Shown here: in pieces, positions 17,789 to 27,261 of the stretch | How positions within the stretch are numbered: the first letter of the stretch is position 1 | Layout of the letters: every line of letters starts with the position of its first letter | Origin: Bacillota bacterium | Lineage (GTDB): Bacteria; Bacillota; Clostridia; Oscillospirales; Oscillospiraceae | Length of the DNA: 64,000 nt | Direction of reading: 5' to 3' | Assembly (NCBI GenBank): GCA_029268085.1 | Contig: JAJUHD010000001.1 | Span: forward strand, 18,502 to 82,501 | Translations under genes and position numbers: made by a program | Notes under the pieces: model-generated | Told to the model about the DNA's origin: nothing | The model's database searches: none | The model's input: only the letters and a program-made list of their open reading frames with translations

Positions 17789-19684
17789 TTATTTTTTTAT
17801 CTGCACTATTCCTATGCACATACACAAGGTGCCGTTAAACTTAGTCAGCCCTATCCCTACAAACCAAGTATTATTTGAATAATACAGCTGATTGTAGCCG
17901 TCGGAGCTCTTTTCGCTTGAAAGATAGATAAATCCGCAGCTTTCCAGTAATTTCAAGTATTTCGCGACTCCTACGGAGGAATCGGAAGGGCAGTCGGATA
18001 AGCGATAATAATAAAGAATGGTACCGTCATGATAATACCTGTAATAAAGAGGTGTCCGGGTGAAGGCCCCCCAGTCCGGTACAGGATAGTATCCGCTGTA
18101 ATATACGGTCGAGGAGCTGGAGGCGGTGACCGTAATAGTGACTTTTGCAGTTGAGATAATGTTTTTATTTTCATCAGCCAGCTTCAGCGTCAGAACCGAA
18201 GTCCCTGCGGAGAGCCCCTTGACTGTAACATTAATCGTATTGCCGGACCATTTTCCCAAACTGCAGGAAACTACTTTTTCGTTTGAGAGGGTGTATGTGT
18301 AATAGGCAAAATTGTCCGAGCTTGCTTTGAACGTAACAGTTGCCTGGCTGCCCTGAGCTACGCTTATCTCTGAATTTGAAGCAGTCAGAGTCGGCTTGCT
18401 GTTCTGAGAGCTTACTGAAGAGAGGGAAGAGAGGTTTGAGGTTTTCATGTCTTTCAGCAGGTTAATCGGAATGGCCACGTTTAAGTTCTGACCGGCCACA
18501 TATGTACCGGTAGTAACGCCTATCACTTTTCCTCCGGAGTTCATGAGGGCGCCGCCGCTGCTGCCGCTTGAAATCGACGCGCTGAAAAGCATGTACCTGA
18601 TGCCGTCCACAACGTGCGAAGAATTTGTAATCGTGCCCTGCGTGACGGTCTGACCAAGTCCGAGCGGGTAGCCGATCGCAAATATTGTTTCTCCCGTTTC
18701 CACCGTGTCGGAATCCCCCAGGAGCAGAAATTCTACTCCGCTGCAGCCGTCAACCTGTATGAGCGCGAGATCGTTTGTTTTGCTGGAGCTGAATACTCCG
18801 CTGACGCTGTATGATTTGCCGTTTTTCGTAGTTACTTTGGCGGATGCCGCGCCGTCTATGACATGGTAATTCGTTACCGCGAGTCCGCTGCTGTTTATAA
18901 AGAAGCCGCTTCCGCTGCCCAGCGTATTTCCCGCCGAGTCGTAAAGCTCTATGTAAAAGACTGCGTTGGAGAATTTTTCGGATATGTCTTTTGCCGTGAG
19001 CTCCTTTGACTGCAGCTTCAGGGTCTGTCTGTAAGACGGGCTTATCATTCGTATCGAAATTGCGGCGCAGGCATCTCTGGTAATGTATGTGTTAGGATAA
19101 AACGTGCCTTTGCTGTCGCTGCCGGTGAGAATTCCCGCTCGGTAGAGCTTGTAGACGGCCGGGGCGTATGAATATGAGGATGGTACGTCCGGTATTGAAT
19201 CGGCAGGTATTTCGTTTATCGCCCCGCACGCCTCTTCGGGCAGCGCGCCGGAAAAAATAAGCGCAAACTCAGCCCTTGTCGCATTTTCTTCGTAATTTGA
19301 ATATTCCTCTTTGATGATATTCTTTGCAAGGGCGTAGTCAACGTACGGACGGTACCAGGGGCTGCCGGCCTGAAAATTGCTTGAGCCTGTATAGTAAATG
19401 CTGTGTATGCAGGCCGCAAGCTTAATTGCCTCGGCTATCGTCAGATTGCTTTGAGGCTCATAGCTGGTGGCTGTTTTCCCGTTGATAAGACCGTATTCGT
19501 AAGCTGCTTTGACAGAAGGCGCATACCATTCTTCCGCAACGTCCGAGAACTGCCCGCTCTGATAACTTCTGACCTTTGTGAAGTTTGAAAAAGAGCTTGC
19601 CGCAAATGACGGCGCCGGCAGAATGCCGAAAAGAAGCAAAACCGCAAGGAGGGATGAAAAAATACGCTTTACCATTTTTGACAC
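17789..19684 (-). CDS. Secreted SLH-anchored trypsin-like (S1C/HtrA-like core) serine protease with Ig-like and C-terminal domains
   Basis: Signal peptide, then three SLH-like modules (FSDVAEEWYAPSVKAAYEYGLING...). The protease core shows GSGFFINSSGLAVTNYHV (His), NDLALI (Asp) and GSSGGALMNSGGKVIGV (Ser). A Big-like segment follows. No PDZ domain was recognised. Confidence 0.8.
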   Translation of the reverse strand: MSKMVKRIFSSLLAVLLLFGILPAPSFAASSFSNFTKVRSYQSGQFSDVAEEWYAPSVKAAYEYGLINGKTATSYEPQSNLTIAEAIKLAACIHSIYYTGSSNFQAGSPWYRPYVDYALAKNIIKEEYSNYEENATRAEFALIFSGALPEEACGAINEIPADSIPDVPSSYSYAPAVYKLYRAGILTGSDSKGTFYPNTYITRDACAAISIRMISPSYRQTLKLQSKELTAKDISEKFSNAVFYIELYDSAGNTLGSGSGFFINSSGLAVTNYHVIDGAASAKVTTKNGKSYSVSGVFSSSKTNDLALIQVDGCSGVEFLLLGDSDTVETGETIFAIGYPLGLGQTVTQGTITNSSHVVDGIRYMLFSASISSGSSGGALMNSGGKVIGVTTGTYVAGQNLNVAIPINLLKDMKTSNLSSLSSVSSQNSKPTLTASNSEISVAQGSQATVTFKASSDNFAYYTYTLSNEKVVSCSLGKWSGNTINVTVKGLSAGTSVLTLKLADENKNIISTAKVTITVTASSSSTVYYSGYYPVPDWGAFTRTPLYYRYYHDGTILYYYRLSDCPSDSSVGVAKYLKLLESCGFIYLSSEKSSDGYNQLYYSNNTWFVGIGLTKFNGTLCMCIGIVQIKK

Positions 19685-20001
19685 CAGCTTACATCTTTTT
19701 ATTAAATTTTACCAAATTATGTTTTTTTGTCAAGCCCAATAGAAGAAAAAGGAAAATTCCGGATGCGAAGACGCTTTAATTAAAAAACGATTGCAGCTGC
19801 CAATGCCGGCCCTTTTGATGACCCCCTGCTTTGCGTCCGGCTGAAATAAAACGCTCCCTCCATGATTAGAGCAGTGTTCCCTGCTGTTCTTCATAAAGGG
19901 AGCGTAAATAACAAAGTTCGGTTTCCGCATTTTCGCTGCCTGCGGCACAAAGACGGTATGAAAAGGGCCGCGGAATCGAGCGCAAGGAGGAATACGGCGC
20001 C

Positions 20002-21384
20002 CTAGCTTTTCGCTCCTATGGTCACCATTTTCCAGTCCTGCTGCCAGTTAACATCCATGTCAAAAGTCTCTGCGATGAAGCGCAGCGGTACTACGGTATG
20101 GCTTATGTTCGGGTCGGAATAATCCGGAGCAAGCATGGTCTGGACATCGAGCGTTTTTTCCTCCCCGTTCACAATAACCACGTTGCTGTCTATCGTGAGC
20201 ACTATGGTCTTGTCGCCCTTGGTCATCACAACCTGCTGCTCCTTGTAGCGCCATTCGACCGAGGCTCCAAGCGCGGTGGCTATCGCCCTGAAGGGCACAA
20301 GCAGTCTGTCGTTGATTTCCACGGGCTGAATAGGAGCTTTTACATAGGATTGGCCGATATAGACCTTGGCCTCGTTTTCAATCGTTTTAGTAATATACTC
20401 GTTTATCTGCGAATCCAGGTCGCCACGGGCGTTTTCCACGATGGACGGAAGCCTGTTTTTTAACGCGGTCACGTTTTCTCTGACAATGGACTTTATTGTT
20501 TCCTTTGAAATGACCCTTTCGAGATAGCCCGGCAGTTTGTCTATGTATTTGTCGTAGGCTGAGGCGTCAAGGCTTGCAAGCCTGGGGTTAAATTTTTCTT
20601 CAATAGGCTTCTTGATCTTCTCGATCATGAGAGCGTCTACCTGCTCTTTTATTTTTGCCTCGAACTCAGGCCTTACCACAGACTCTATTTTGGGCCGTAT
20701 GACAGCCTTCATCCGTGCCGCGATTTCTTCGGGAGAAAGGTTTGCCATATCGTCAGGTATCAGCTTCATCAAATCCTTCATAACCAGCAGGATTTCTTTC
20801 TGTATGCTCGCCTCGATGTTTGATTCGATTATTCCGTGGATCTTCGGAATCAGGGCCTTAAGCGAGGGCTCAAACTTCTGAATAATGCCCGGCGCGGCCT
20901 CCTTCATAAGCGAAACAACCTGCTCGGTGATTTCCGTTTCCGATTTTGCAAAGTCCTTGGCGATGCCTTCCCGGACCGAAATAGCGACTTCCGCCCTTAC
21001 CTGGTCCAGGACCTTTTCGGGGATTCTGTTGATTTCCTCGGCCGAGGGATAAGAGGAAAAGTCCATTTTGAAACCGGTTGTTTCGAGGGAGTCCTTTTTC
21101 TCCTTAACGTCCTTGACGGCAAGTTCAATTTCGGCGGAGATGGCCTCGACGTCGGGAGTGATAGCCGCCACTATCTCGGGACCCAGCCTGTCCGCAAGCC
21201 CTACGAAAGCCCTGGAGACCGCCGCCTCCAATTCGGCCTGGAATGTGTCGTGCTGAGCCTGATCCGGCGCCGCCGCGACATCTGGCGCCGTCGCAAGACT
21301 CAAAGGGGCGCAGCCAAAAGCGAGCAAAACGCCTAGAAATAAGGCCATGGCCTTTTTGAATTTTTTTCCTTTAACGACCGCCAT
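20002..21384 (-). CDS. Lipoprotein with a helical repeat region and a C-terminal copper-amine-oxidase-N-terminal-like (stalk) domain
   Basis: Lipobox LLAFGC. The C-terminus LVPFRAIATALGASVEW...TVVPLRFIAETFDMDVNW is the typical CuAO N-domain double repeat. Confidence 0.7.
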   Translation of the reverse strand: MAVVKGKKFKKAMALFLGVLLAFGCAPLSLATAPDVAAAPDQAQHDTFQAELEAAVSRAFVGLADRLGPEIVAAITPDVEAISAEIELAVKDVKEKKDSLETTGFKMDFSSYPSAEEINRIPEKVLDQVRAEVAISVREGIAKDFAKSETEITEQVVSLMKEAAPGIIQKFEPSLKALIPKIHGIIESNIEASIQKEILLVMKDLMKLIPDDMANLSPEEIAARMKAVIRPKIESVVRPEFEAKIKEQVDALMIEKIKKPIEEKFNPRLASLDASAYDKYIDKLPGYLERVISKETIKSIVRENVTALKNRLPSIVENARGDLDSQINEYITKTIENEAKVYIGQSYVKAPIQPVEINDRLLVPFRAIATALGASVEWRYKEQQVVMTKGDKTIVLTIDSNVVIVNGEEKTLDVQTMLAPDYSDPNISHTVVPLRFIAETFDMDVNWQQDWKMVTIGAKS

Positions 21385-21517
21385 AATAAAACCTCTTTTT
21401 CAAAATATTTATATGTTTTTTCAAAAAGCTGACTACATATCTATGTTACACATTTTTTCATAAAATAGCAATACCCGACTGAAAATTACATATCTCGGCC
21501 CGTCCGGCGCAGTATGG

Positions 21518-22819
21518 TCAAAAGGTGTCGATTTCTTGATGGCCGGCACCTTTTTTCCTGAGATTTTCAATTGCCGCGACCGCGCTTCTGTATACCTCGG
21601 AAAAAGTGGCGTCGTGCGCTCTGGATGCGGACAGGACATCCTCATACTCCGGCTTTTCCTTGACTATGCCCCAGCCGCTTCCCGATTTAACGCGTATTGT
21701 GCCGTATTCGGTTTCCACCGTGTAAAACCCGACATCGAGCACACGCCGGTTCAGCAAGGAGAATCTTACGCCGAAAGTGCTGGTGTGGAGCAGGATTAGA
21801 CGTGAAAGCTCGTTTCTGTCCTCCGGTCTGCAAAGGCAGCCCAGAAGCGTTGCGGGACGGTTCTTCTTCATATAGACAGGCGCCGTGTATACGTCAAGAG
21901 CGCCGGACCTGAGAAGCAGCTCGGTTACGGCACCTATGGCCTCCGGGGTCATGTCGTCCAGGTTGCAGACGATTTCCGCGACGTCGCCGGTTTCTTCTCC
22001 GCACTCTCCCCAAAAGGCGCGCACGCAGTTCGCTATCTCAAAGTCCTTGGTTCCCATGCCGTAACCTATTCTTCTTACGGACATGGCGGACATCTCGCCG
22101 AAGCCGCCGACAAAGTGCCTGAGGAGCGCCGCCCCGGTGGGAGTGCAGAGCTCGCCTTTGATTTTGCCGCCGTATATCGGAATGCCCCTGAGTAGCAGAG
22201 CGGTGGCGGGAGCCGGGACAGGGAGGATGCCGTGTGAGCAGCGCACGAAGCCGCTGCCAACATGCACCGGCGAAGCGGTGATGGAATCAGGCGCCAGCAT
22301 ATGCACTAGCAGGCAGAAGCCGACAACGTCCGCAACGGCGTCCAGAGACCCGACCTCGTGAAAATGTATCTGCTCGATTTCCCTGCCGTGAACCTCCGCC
22401 TCCGCCTCGCCAATAAGCCTGTAAACGGCGAGGGCGTCGTTTCTGACTTTTTCCGGCAGATCCAAAGAGGAAATAAGGCGGCAGATGCCGGAATAGCTGT
22501 AATGTCCGTGAGCATGCGAATGCCCGCCGCCGACCGAGTCATGATGCTCAGGTCCGTGCCCGTGCGTATGCAGATGACGGTCACAGTCTTCGGCAGGGTC
22601 GAAGTCCTCGGAAAATTCCGTTTTGCCGTCAATATATACGTTGACGCGCAGGCCGGAAACCCCGCATTTTTCGGCCCTGACGCTTTCGACGACTACGCCC
22701 GGAATGCCCAGGGAATTCATTTTGTCCAGAAAAGCGCGCTTTTCCGGCAGAAGGTCAAGAAGAGCCGCAGTAAGCATATCTCCGGCGGCTCCCATAGAGC
22801 ACTCAAGATGAAGCCTCAT
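21518..22819 (-). CDS. larC: Nickel-pincer cofactor biosynthesis protein LarC (nickel insertion, full-length fused form)
   Basis: N-terminal LECSMGAAGDM (UPF0272/LarC signature). A His-rich tract HLHTHGHGPEHHDSVGGGHSHAHGH is present. 433 aa. It overlaps the larB end by 17 nt. Confidence 0.85.
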   Translation of the reverse strand: MRLHLECSMGAAGDMLTAALLDLLPEKRAFLDKMNSLGIPGVVVESVRAEKCGVSGLRVNVYIDGKTEFSEDFDPAEDCDRHLHTHGHGPEHHDSVGGGHSHAHGHYSYSGICRLISSLDLPEKVRNDALAVYRLIGEAEAEVHGREIEQIHFHEVGSLDAVADVVGFCLLVHMLAPDSITASPVHVGSGFVRCSHGILPVPAPATALLLRGIPIYGGKIKGELCTPTGAALLRHFVGGFGEMSAMSVRRIGYGMGTKDFEIANCVRAFWGECGEETGDVAEIVCNLDDMTPEAIGAVTELLLRSGALDVYTAPVYMKKNRPATLLGCLCRPEDRNELSRLILLHTSTFGVRFSLLNRRVLDVGFYTVETEYGTIRVKSGSGWGIVKEKPEYEDVLSASRAHDATFSEVYRSAVAAIENLRKKGAGHQEIDTF

Positions 22820-23576
22820 TTTTAGCCTCCCCTATACGGTTTATAAGGCTGGAAAGATAGCCGGCGCCGAAGCCGTTGTCGATATTCACCACGCTGACGT
22901 TGCCGGCGCAGGAGTTGAGCATCGACAAAAGAGCGGACAAGCCTCCGAAATTGGCGCCGTATCCTATGCTTGTGGGGACGGCTATCACCGGGCATGAAAC
23001 AAGCCCTCCGATAACGGTGGCGAGCGCGCCCTCCATTCCGGCGACCGCGATGACGACGCGCGCCGTCATCAATACGTCCATCTGCGAAAGAACCCGGTGA
23101 AGTCCCGCAACTCCGACATCGTAAAGCCGGACAACGCGGTTCCCGAGGGCCTCCGCGGTTACGGCGGCTTCCTCAGCCACGGGAATATCGCTGGTTCCGG
23201 CGGCTGCGACCGCGATAAATCCGGAAGACGAGGGTTCCTTCCGTTTGCCGAAAAAGGCGATTCGGGATACCGGATCATAGCTTACGGGAAGCTGGGAGCA
23301 AAGCTCTTCCGCTCTCTCGGGCGCAAGCCTCGTAATCAGTACATAATCGCTGCCACGCCTTTTCAAAGCTTCGATTATCCCGACGATTTGAGGGATCGTT
23401 TTGCCGGCTCCGAAAATCACTTCGGGTATGCCGTGCCTGAGCTCCCTGTGGTGGTCTACCTTCGCATAGCCGAGCTCCTCAAAGGGCTGCATTTTAAGGC
23501 TCAAAACAGCCTCCTGGGGCGAAATATCCCCGCTTTTTACCTTGTTCATCAAATCCAGGATGCGTTCCTGCTCCAT
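22803..23576 (-). CDS. larB: LarB, pyridinium-3,5-biscarboxylic acid mononucleotide synthase (AIR-carboxylase-like)
   Basis: The PurE-like core VAAAGTSD...AVAGMEGALATVIGGL and the C-terminal VVNIDNGFGAG are present. The start is taken at MEQERILD (ATG 23576) behind a GGAGG RBS; the ORF-track start 23636 is probably too long. Confidence 0.85.
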   Translation of the reverse strand: MEQERILDLMNKVKSGDISPQEAVLSLKMQPFEELGYAKVDHHRELRHGIPEVIFGAGKTIPQIVGIIEALKRRGSDYVLITRLAPERAEELCSQLPVSYDPVSRIAFFGKRKEPSSSGFIAVAAAGTSDIPVAEEAAVTAEALGNRVVRLYDVGVAGLHRVLSQMDVLMTARVVIAVAGMEGALATVIGGLVSCPVIAVPTSIGYGANFGGLSALLSMLNSCAGNVSVVNIDNGFGAGYLSSLINRIGEAKNEASS

Positions 23577-23649
23577 AAAGCGCCTCCTATCAAAAGGGTG
23601 TGCCTCTATTATAGCATCGCATTTCAAAAAACGCATTGTTTTTATCGAT

Positions 23650-23690
23650 AAAACGGCAAAATGTCCCTTGAAAAGACATTTTGCCGTTTT
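23650..23690 (-). terminator. Intrinsic terminator after the URO-D-like gene, separating it from larBC
   Basis: A 16-bp perfect stem AAAACGGCAAAATGTC / GACATTTTGCCGTTTT whose ends are U-rich on both strands. Confidence 0.75.
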
Positions 23691-23695
23691 TAGCC

Positions 23696-24760
23696 TTATT
23701 TGCTGTACGCGATGCGGCTTTCCTTATAAAGAGCCTTTCTGAACACAGGATCCTGGAAATGGGAAGACGTATAGATATATTTGCCGGGCAGGCTGTATTT
23801 TGCGACAATATCCTTTGCGGCCTTGATCTTCTCGTCGTCAGCGGCGTCCTTGCCGAACACGGGGAGACGGTAGCCGAGCTTGAACTTGTCGCCGAAATTC
23901 CTGTAAAGCCCGTCGAAATCGTTCATAGGCTGCGGCCTCCACATATCTATGCCGGTTTCGGCAATGACGTCGGCCAGCTTTTCTATGTGTCCGCAGCTGT
24001 GCAGCTCAAAAACTACGTTTCTTTCATGGCAGTAGGAGGTGAGCCTTTTCATGTATGGCAGGATCATTTCTCGGAATGTCTCGGCGGAGAAAAACGGCGC
24101 CATCTGGGAGCCCCAGTCGTCGTGGAAATAAAGTATCGACATTCCGAAATGCTCTATGCATTTGTCGATTATCTTTTCGTACGTCCCGCAGAGAGCGTCG
24201 AAGAGAGCCGCAACGTCTTCCTTCTGCTCGTCGTCTATGAGGGCTACGGCGGCGTTTTCGAAGTCCATGAATGAGATGAGACGTTCAAAAAGTCCCGTAA
24301 ACAGCCAAACGAGGACAGGAACGTTTTTGTCGGAAAGCAGTTTCCTGTTTCTTTCCGCGCAGCCTTCCCAATCCCAGGACTCCACATCGGGGAATTTTAT
24401 TACCCGCGGCCAGTCGCCGATGTCGGAAAGCACGGGTTTCCCCGGCTTTACCATGGAGCCGCCCGCGACCGCTATGTACTCCCATTCCACACCGAACATA
24501 TCCGGACCGCCCTTTCTGTCCGTAGGATCGGTTTCTATGACCCAGGCCCTGGCCACGTTGTCGGGAATTATCGCGGGGCAGAAGGTGATATAGTCGTCGT
24601 TAGGCATCCAGCAGGGCGTTTCGTTGCGGATAAAGGCCAGATAGTTCTCCTTTGGCGAGACAGGATAATCAAAACGGTCCACCGGATGAGAGCCCGCCAT
24701 CGAGGCGGGGTAGGTTCCGACAATCTTCAGCTCATCTTCGGAAAAAGGGATTTTCTTCAT
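23696..24760 (-). CDS. Uroporphyrinogen-decarboxylase (URO-D)/MtaA-like family protein, paralog 1 (putative methyltransferase)
   Basis: Blocks FHDDWGSQ and LHSCGH (H-x-C Zn-type motif), with a TIM-barrel-sized protein. The start is taken at MKKIPF (ATG 24760) behind GGAGGTG; the ORF-track start 24889 lacks an RBS. Confidence 0.7.
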   Translation of the reverse strand: MKKIPFSEDELKIVGTYPASMAGSHPVDRFDYPVSPKENYLAFIRNETPCWMPNDDYITFCPAIIPDNVARAWVIETDPTDRKGGPDMFGVEWEYIAVAGGSMVKPGKPVLSDIGDWPRVIKFPDVESWDWEGCAERNRKLLSDKNVPVLVWLFTGLFERLISFMDFENAAVALIDDEQKEDVAALFDALCGTYEKIIDKCIEHFGMSILYFHDDWGSQMAPFFSAETFREMILPYMKRLTSYCHERNVVFELHSCGHIEKLADVIAETGIDMWRPQPMNDFDGLYRNFGDKFKLGYRLPVFGKDAADDEKIKAAKDIVAKYSLPGKYIYTSSHFQDPVFRKALYKESRIAYSK

Positions 24761-25074
24761 TTGGCACCTCCGTGAATTATTTATTCTTGGCCCGCGCTCT
24801 GAACGGAGCCGTAAACGCCTTGAAAAGCGGAGAATCTTCAAATATAGTTCGTATGCGACTATATTGTACATTATATATCGTAATTGCACAAATGAAAAGC
24901 CCGAATACAGATAAAATTATTTAATTTGTAATATCCGAAAGAGTGCATGAGAACGGCCAAGCTGAATCGGGTTATTGAACAGCGAAAAAAATTTATCGAT
25001 AATCAATAAATAGTTGTTGACAAATAATAAATAGGTGATATATTAGCCTTATAAAGCTTTCGGGAGGAATCAAA

Positions 25075-25524
25075 ATGCAAAAACAGCCGGTGACACATTA
25101 CATCGCAAAAGCCTTGGTTGACATAATGCTATACGGCGGCATCGTCTGCGTTATTCTGGTGCCCTGGCTCTCAAGGTATGTGTATATTTTTGGGTACGGA
25201 GAGAGACAGCGCTGGATCATAGCGGCGGTGCTTTTCTCGTCGGGCATATGCGTCGTGTATATTCTTTTCAATCTGAAGCAGATGTTCAGGACCCTGCTGG
25301 GAGGCAACCCTTTTGTAGAGAAGAACATCAGCTGTTTTCGTAAAATGGCGGTAGCCTGCGCCGTCATTTCGCTGATTTACGTCATTAAATGCATACTTAT
25401 TTTTTCGCTTGCGACAATCATAATCATCCTTATGTTTGCGGTCGGCTCGCTTTTCTGTCTGACTCTGAAGGACATTTTCAAGCAGGCTATCTTCTACAAA
25501 GAAGAACACGACTGGACGGTGTGA
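25075..25524 (+). CDS. DUF2975-like four-TM membrane protein
   Basis: 149 aa with 4 hydrophobic helices. It lies immediately upstream (3-nt gap) of a YozG-type HTH gene, the usual DUF2975 partner. Confidence 0.6.
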   Translation: MQKQPVTHYIAKALVDIMLYGGIVCVILVPWLSRYVYIFGYGERQRWIIAAVLFSSGICVVYILFNLKQMFRTLLGGNPFVEKNISCFRKMAVACAVISLIYVIKCILIFSLATIIIILMFAVGSLFCLTLKDIFKQAIFYKEEHDWTV

Positions 25525-25527
25525 GAT

Positions 25528-25731
25528 ATGCCGATAATTGTAGACCTTGACGTGATGATGGCGAAAAGGAAGATCGGGCTTATGGAGCTGGCCGAAAAGA
25601 TAGGCATTACTCCGGCGAACCTCTCCATACTCAAGAACAACAAGGCGAAGGCTATACGCTTCTCCACGCTGGAGGAAATATGCAGAGTCCTTGACTGTCA
25701 GCCTGCCGATATCCTGAAGTATGAGAAATAA
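25528..25731 (+). CDS. Small XRE/Cro-type HTH transcriptional regulator (YozG-like)
   Basis: 67 aa. GLMELAEKIGITPANLSILKNNKAKAIRFSTLEEICRVLDCQPADIL is a canonical HTH_26/XRE pattern. Confidence 0.85.
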   Translation: MPIIVDLDVMMAKRKIGLMELAEKIGITPANLSILKNNKAKAIRFSTLEEICRVLDCQPADILKYEK

Positions 25732-25752
25732 TTGAGGCAAGAGGGAAGTCAT

Positions 25753-27192
25753 ATGGAAAAAAGCGAAAACAAAATCATGCTATACGCGCTCTTTTCCGCG
25801 CTGAGCTTTGTATATCTGGTCCTGTGCCGCGGCGCGGGAATAAGCGTAGCTGTATTTGCGGCTCTTCAGACGGCTTTTTTATGGTTTCTGGTTCCGAACA
25901 GAAAAAAGCTTGTCTGGATGCTGCCTGTGCTGATTGTTTCCCTGAATAGTCTTATAAGCGCCAATCAAATGTTCTGCGCAAGCAACTTTCTTCTCAGCGT
26001 TGCGTTGTACAGTCTTATGTTTGTGGATGCGGATATAAAAGACACTTCCGCGGATTTTTTTATCAGCCTGGCAATAAAAATATTCGAACCGCTTAAATAC
26101 CTGCATGTGCCTTTCGCGAGATTATTCAAGGCGAACAGGGAGAACTCCGCGCTGATAAAGAGAGTAATCATAGCCATTCTAATTTCTGTTCCGGCGGTTA
26201 TGATGCTTACCGCGTTGCTCGCGGCGGCGGACATGGTCTTCGCAAAAGGCGTCGGGGAATTTTTTGTGGCGGTATTCAGGCTCGTAAAATTCGAAGTACT
26301 GCTTAAAGTCATATTTGGTCTTGCCGTGGGCTTTTATCTTTTCGGGCTTTTGTACTCTTCGGATTCAAAAAAGGCGCCGGGGGAGCCGAAAGAACCCAAA
26401 AAAGGCGACGTCATCATATTCGGCATATTTCTTGCCTCAATACTGCTTATTTATACGATCTTTGTAATCGTTCAGTTCAAGTATCTTTTCGCGGGGGCGG
26501 AGCTTCCGAGCGGACTTTCATATACTGAATACGCCAGAAAAGGCTTTTTCGAGCAGTTCTTCCTCACCGGCGTCAATATCCTTATTATTCTCCTGACGGT
26601 GCATTGCACCAAAGGCGTCGGAACAAGGAAAAAGATACTCTTAAAGGCGCTGTGCTGCTACCTTTGCGCAGTCACGATAATCCTGCTTATCTCGTCCTTT
26701 TACCGCATGAGGCTTTATTATCTGGATGACGGACTCACAAGGCTCCGCTTTCTGGTTTTCGGCTTTCTTATTTTCGAAGGAATAGGCCTTATAATAACGT
26801 TTTTCTATATAATAAAGCCGGAGTTCAACATAGTTATCGTGTATCTCTTGCTGGGGCTTATATATTATCTTCTGCTCAATATCGTCCCCATGGATTATTT
26901 TGTGGCGAAAAGCCAGGTGGACAGAGCCTTTCGCGGAGAGACAAACGGCATAGCCTACGCCCTCAGCCTTTCCCCGGACGCGGCGCCTCAGATCGAAAGA
27001 CTCCTGGACGACGAGAGATTCGGCGAGGCAATCAAAATCCGCCCTCTCGAAAGCTATGACGGCTGGAGCGAAATAAGCGTGAAGGATTATGTCCTGAACA
27101 AGTATAAGCGATATGCCGGCAAAACGAATGACTGGCGGCAATACAACATATCCGCGGATAAAATGCTTAAGATATATGGCAGATATTCCTGA
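25753..27192 (+). CDS. Large polytopic membrane protein (DUF4153/DUF4173-like)
   Basis: About 480 aa with >=10 TM helices. The start is taken at ATG 25753 behind a GAGGGAAG RBS. The family name is from recollection only. Confidence 0.5.
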   Translation: MEKSENKIMLYALFSALSFVYLVLCRGAGISVAVFAALQTAFLWFLVPNRKKLVWMLPVLIVSLNSLISANQMFCASNFLLSVALYSLMFVDADIKDTSADFFISLAIKIFEPLKYLHVPFARLFKANRENSALIKRVIIAILISVPAVMMLTALLAAADMVFAKGVGEFFVAVFRLVKFEVLLKVIFGLAVGFYLFGLLYSSDSKKAPGEPKEPKKGDVIIFGIFLASILLIYTIFVIVQFKYLFAGAELPSGLSYTEYARKGFFEQFFLTGVNILIILLTVHCTKGVGTRKKILLKALCCYLCAVTIILLISSFYRMRLYYLDDGLTRLRFLVFGFLIFEGIGLIITFFYIIKPEFNIVIVYLLLGLIYYLLLNIVPMDYFVAKSQVDRAFRGETNGIAYALSLSPDAAPQIERLLDDERFGEAIKIRPLESYDGWSEISVKDYVLNKYKRYAGKTNDWRQYNISADKMLKIYGRYS

Positions 27193-27210
27193 AACCTGAG
27201 CGAAGAACAA

Positions 27211-27243
27211 GCTGCCGCAGCCGCTTATCGCGGCTGCGGCAGC
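27211..27243. terminator. Hairpin between convergent genes (terminator-like, weak U-tract)
   Basis: A 14-bp perfect GC-rich stem GCTGCCGCAGCCGC / GCGGCTGCGGCAGC. Confidence 0.55.
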
Positions 27244-27261
27244 GCCGCTGCATATATTCAG

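Noticed and set aside
19685-20001. A 318-nt gap containing a 72-aa ORF (19730-19948, minus strand)
   Set aside because: It has no RBS and an implausible composition. The region most likely holds the promoter of the protease gene and the terminator of the lipoprotein gene.
22803-24760. The idea that the URO-D-like gene forms an operon with larBC, that is, an NPN-dependent enzyme
   Set aside because: A 16-bp-stem terminator (23650-23690) and a separate extended -10 promoter lie between them, so co-transcription is unlikely. The juxtaposition is noted but not claimed as functional.
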